DNA of 64,000 bases from Myxococcota bacterium (GTDB taxonomy: Bacteria > Myxococcota_A > SURF-8 > G963663525). A program made the position numbers and the translations under genes. Positions 61,567 to 64,000 of this stretch are shown here, piece after piece. The first letter of the stretch is position 1. Each line of letters opens with the position of its first letter. The stretch spans positions 236,568-300,567 of the forward strand of contig CAXXVK010000043.1 in NCBI GenBank assembly GCA_963676915.2. Reading direction: 5' to 3'. The notes beneath the pieces were generated by a model. The model did not search any database. It had not been told where the DNA came from and saw nothing but the letters and a program-made list of their open reading frames with translations.

Positions 61567-62057
61567 ATGCGGCAACCAAGCGGAATCTCATCTGTTTTCT
61601 TCTTGATGGTCTGGTTGGCGGCGTTGCTTTTCACGGGGACGGCTTGTGAAGAGTTGTATCCCGAAGTCGTTGTCACGAACAATACCGAAGAATACATCCT
61701 GATTCGAAACATCAGCTTCAATGGATGCAAATGGGACGAAACGCTGGCTTTCGAGGAAACCAGCAGTCCGGGCCGTTGTCTTCCGGCTCCGATCGCATCC
61801 ACTTCCAACGTTTCAATCCGAAAAATTATTGCATCGAACAGGTGGATGACGGCACCATCGAGGAGTTGTGCTTTTGTAACGAGGAGGACGACCCGGCGGA
61901 TGATCCGATGGATACCGGTCTGATCAACGAAGAGCCTTTGTGGTTCAATTACCAGACGAAACGGAGCTTCGATATCAGCGGCGGATTCCACACCTTCGAA
62001 TTGACCGCAGACGATATGGAACAGGATTTTTCAGTTCCCGGACCCTACGGACATTAA
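61567..62057 (+). CDS. Lipoprotein of unknown function; frameshift near 61790
   Basis: Lipobox GTAC. Continues as SDRIHFQRF...QDFSVPGPYGH in frame 61725-62057. Confidence 0.6.
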
Positions 62058-62063
62058 TATGCC

Positions 62064-64000
62064 ATGCTGACACAACTGCTGCTCCTGCTGCTGATACCCC
62101 AAGAAATCCTTGCTGCCGAATCTCCTGACATCGGTTCCCAAAAGGCCGGTCCGGAAATCATTATGCAGGTCGAATCGGAAGAAAAATCCGACAAAGATCC
62201 TGAAGAAATACGAAAAAACAAGAAAGATTCTTCCAAGTTGGAAGGAATGGCCTTGCCCGAAGTCACCGTCGAAGGGGCTAAGCCGGTAGGCAAGGACGAT
62301 ACCGCCGACGCAACGCAAATATCCGGCGACAAGTTACGAGCGTCGCCTCGTGCAAGTGCTCTGGAAGCCATCAGTCAGGAGGCGGCCGATGTGTATGTTT
62401 CCGGGCGCGGCTCCGGGGTGCATGGCGTGTCCAATGGTGCTTCCGGGGCGATTCACGTACGTGGCTTGGGAGGAAGTCCCAACGCTCAGGTGCTGGTGGT
62501 CGAGGACGGCGTGCCGGACGTACAGGGGATTTTCGGTCATCCGATTCCCGATGCCTACGTGCCGTTTCTAATTGGCGAAGTCCGCGTGGTCAAAGGGGGC
62601 GATTCGACGCTATACGGTTCCAATGCCCTTGGTGGCGTGATCGTGATCGAAAACCGCTGGCGTCGCGAAGAAGGGTTCGAACTCGAAAACGATGCGGCGT
62701 ACGGCAGTTTTCAAAGCAGCAAGGAAACCATTTCCCTGCTGGGACGCTGGGGGGATTGGGATCTGGCGAGCGCTTTCCACTACTACCGCACCGACGGTCA
62801 CCGCGACAATGCCGGAGGTTACAACATGGTGGGTGCCGCCGGTGTTCGCTGGCGCATTCTGCCGGACCTCAAGCTGACGTTTCGGAACAAGGTGATTCAC
62901 CTGGAAGGCGAAGATCCCGGTCCGGCGACGCATCCCAATACGGGGCATTGGTACAACGTCTGGCGCGACAACCTTTCCTTACGGCTGGATTATCGGCAAA
63001 AGTGGTTCGATTTCCGACTGTTACCTTATTTCAACGTCGGCGTGCATCGTCTGTACGACGGGTTTTATTCCGAAGACTACATGACCGGAGGTTCGGCGGA
63101 GTTCGACATCCACCCCCACAAGACGGTGGATCTGCTGCTTGGTCTGTCGGGTACTTACATTGATGGAAAAGTGACGAATCGGGTCGAGCAGGAAGACGAG
63201 AAGGTCGAAGGTCTGGTGAACTATGCTTTTTACAATCAGTTGACCTGGAAACCTTTGAAAACCTTGAGTTTTGTAGCAGGTTCGCGGGAACTGTATTCCA
63301 CGAAGTACGGTTTCGCTCTGCTTTACAAAGGCGGCGCCAAATGGGAATTTTACGACGGCTTATCCGTACGTTCTCGGGTGACACGCAATTTTCGACAACC
63401 GACGCTACGGGAACTGTATTTGCCGTTCCCTACCTCCAATCCTGACTTGAAACCGGAGTATTCCCTCAACTGGGATGCCGGGTTCGGGTTGGATTACCGG
63501 CATGTGGAGTTTTCCTTCAGCGGGTACCGTACACAGGCCGAGAACATGATCAAATATTTCGGCTCGTGGCCGTCTGCCGAGGTGGTGAATATCGACGAAA
63601 TCGTGATCTGGGGAATGGAAGGGCATCTCGGGTTGAAGGATCTGGGACCGATCAACCTTTTCATTACGGGGAACTGGCAGGATGTCGGTCGATACACCAA
63701 GCAGAACCCGGACGCGAAACTCAATTTCACGATGGAAGCGAAGCATGACTTCGGCGAGCATTGGATGGCGGGAAGTATCAGTGGCGAATGGGTGCATGGT
63801 TTGTATATGGGGAACTACAAGCGCGAGCCGATCGACGACGTATTTTTCATGGACATGACGTTACGGTATCGTTACGAACCGAACGAAAAATCGTTCGAGT
63901 TGGAACCGTACGTTTTGCTTCGCAATATTCTGGATATCCGCTACGAATACATCGAAAACTATCCCATGCCGGGATTCAACGTGATGACCGGGCTGAAAGT
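62064..64000 (+). CDS. TonB-dependent receptor, 3'-truncated by window edge (absent from the ORF track)
   Basis: Manual translation gives a signal peptide, TonB box LPEVTVEG, plug VRGLGG..VEDGVP..GHPIPD, VVKGGDSTLYGSNALGGVI, and near-terminal YPMPGFN. Confidence 0.9.
   Translation, partial: MLTQLLLLLLIPQEILAAESPDIGSQKAGPEIIMQVESEEKSDKDPEEIRKNKKDSSKLEGMALPEVTVEGAKPVGKDDTADATQISGDKLRASPRASALEAISQEAADVYVSGRGSGVHGVSNGASGAIHVRGLGGSPNAQVLVVEDGVPDVQGIFGHPIPDAYVPFLIGEVRVVKGGDSTLYGSNALGGVIVIENRWRREEGFELENDAAYGSFQSSKETISLLGRWGDWDLASAFHYYRTDGHRDNAGGYNMVGAAGVRWRILPDLKLTFRNKVIHLEGEDPGPATHPNTGHWYNVWRDNLSLRLDYRQKWFDFRLLPYFNVGVHRLYDGFYSEDYMTGGSAEFDIHPHKTVDLLLGLSGTYIDGKVTNRVEQEDEKVEGLVNYAFYNQLTWKPLKTLSFVAGSRELYSTKYGFALLYKGGAKWEFYDGLSVRSRVTRNFRQPTLRELYLPFPTSNPDLKPEYSLNWDAGFGLDYRHVEFSFSGYRTQAENMIKYFGSWPSAEVVNIDEIVIWGMEGHLGLKDLGPINLFITGNWQDVGRYTKQNPDAKLNFTMEAKHDFGEHWMAGSISGEWVHGLYMGNYKREPIDDVFFMDMTLRYRYEPNEKSFELEPYVLLRNILDIRYEYIENYPMPGFNVMTGLK

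Overview
Chromosomal segment of an anaerobic deltaproteobacterium with Myxococcota-like traits (taxonomy inferred from gene content only). It opens with the end of a Wood-Ljungdahl cluster (acsC, acsE, DUF3786, cooC, cooT), followed by tRNA-Gly, lemA, gatCA and two nucleotide-sugar genes. A complete cytoplasmic chemosensory operon (cheA-W-MCP-B-R-Y-X) is preceded by an unexplained cysteine desulfurase / two small proteins / two V4R proteins module. The rest holds an EMO/FadF-like oxidoreductase, meaB, a myxosortase-like protease, hisS, many Cys-rich lipoproteins, a MYXO-CTERM amidase, an AddB-like nuclease and a TonB-dependent receptor operon. Three things stand out. (1) An IS621-like IS110 element whose ends, CT cores, bridge-RNA target and donor guides, circle-junction promoter and REP target can all be read from the sequence, with an empty target REP at 60.7 kb. 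(2) A ~200-bp MITE in two copies, each with a 9-bp target duplication and an internal REP doublet. (3) The desulfurase-V4R module, a candidate undescribed metal/sulfur-based sensory input to a sensor-less chemoreceptor. Many genes from 32 to 62 kb, including essential hisS, carry single-base frameshifts, most likely sequencing errors.
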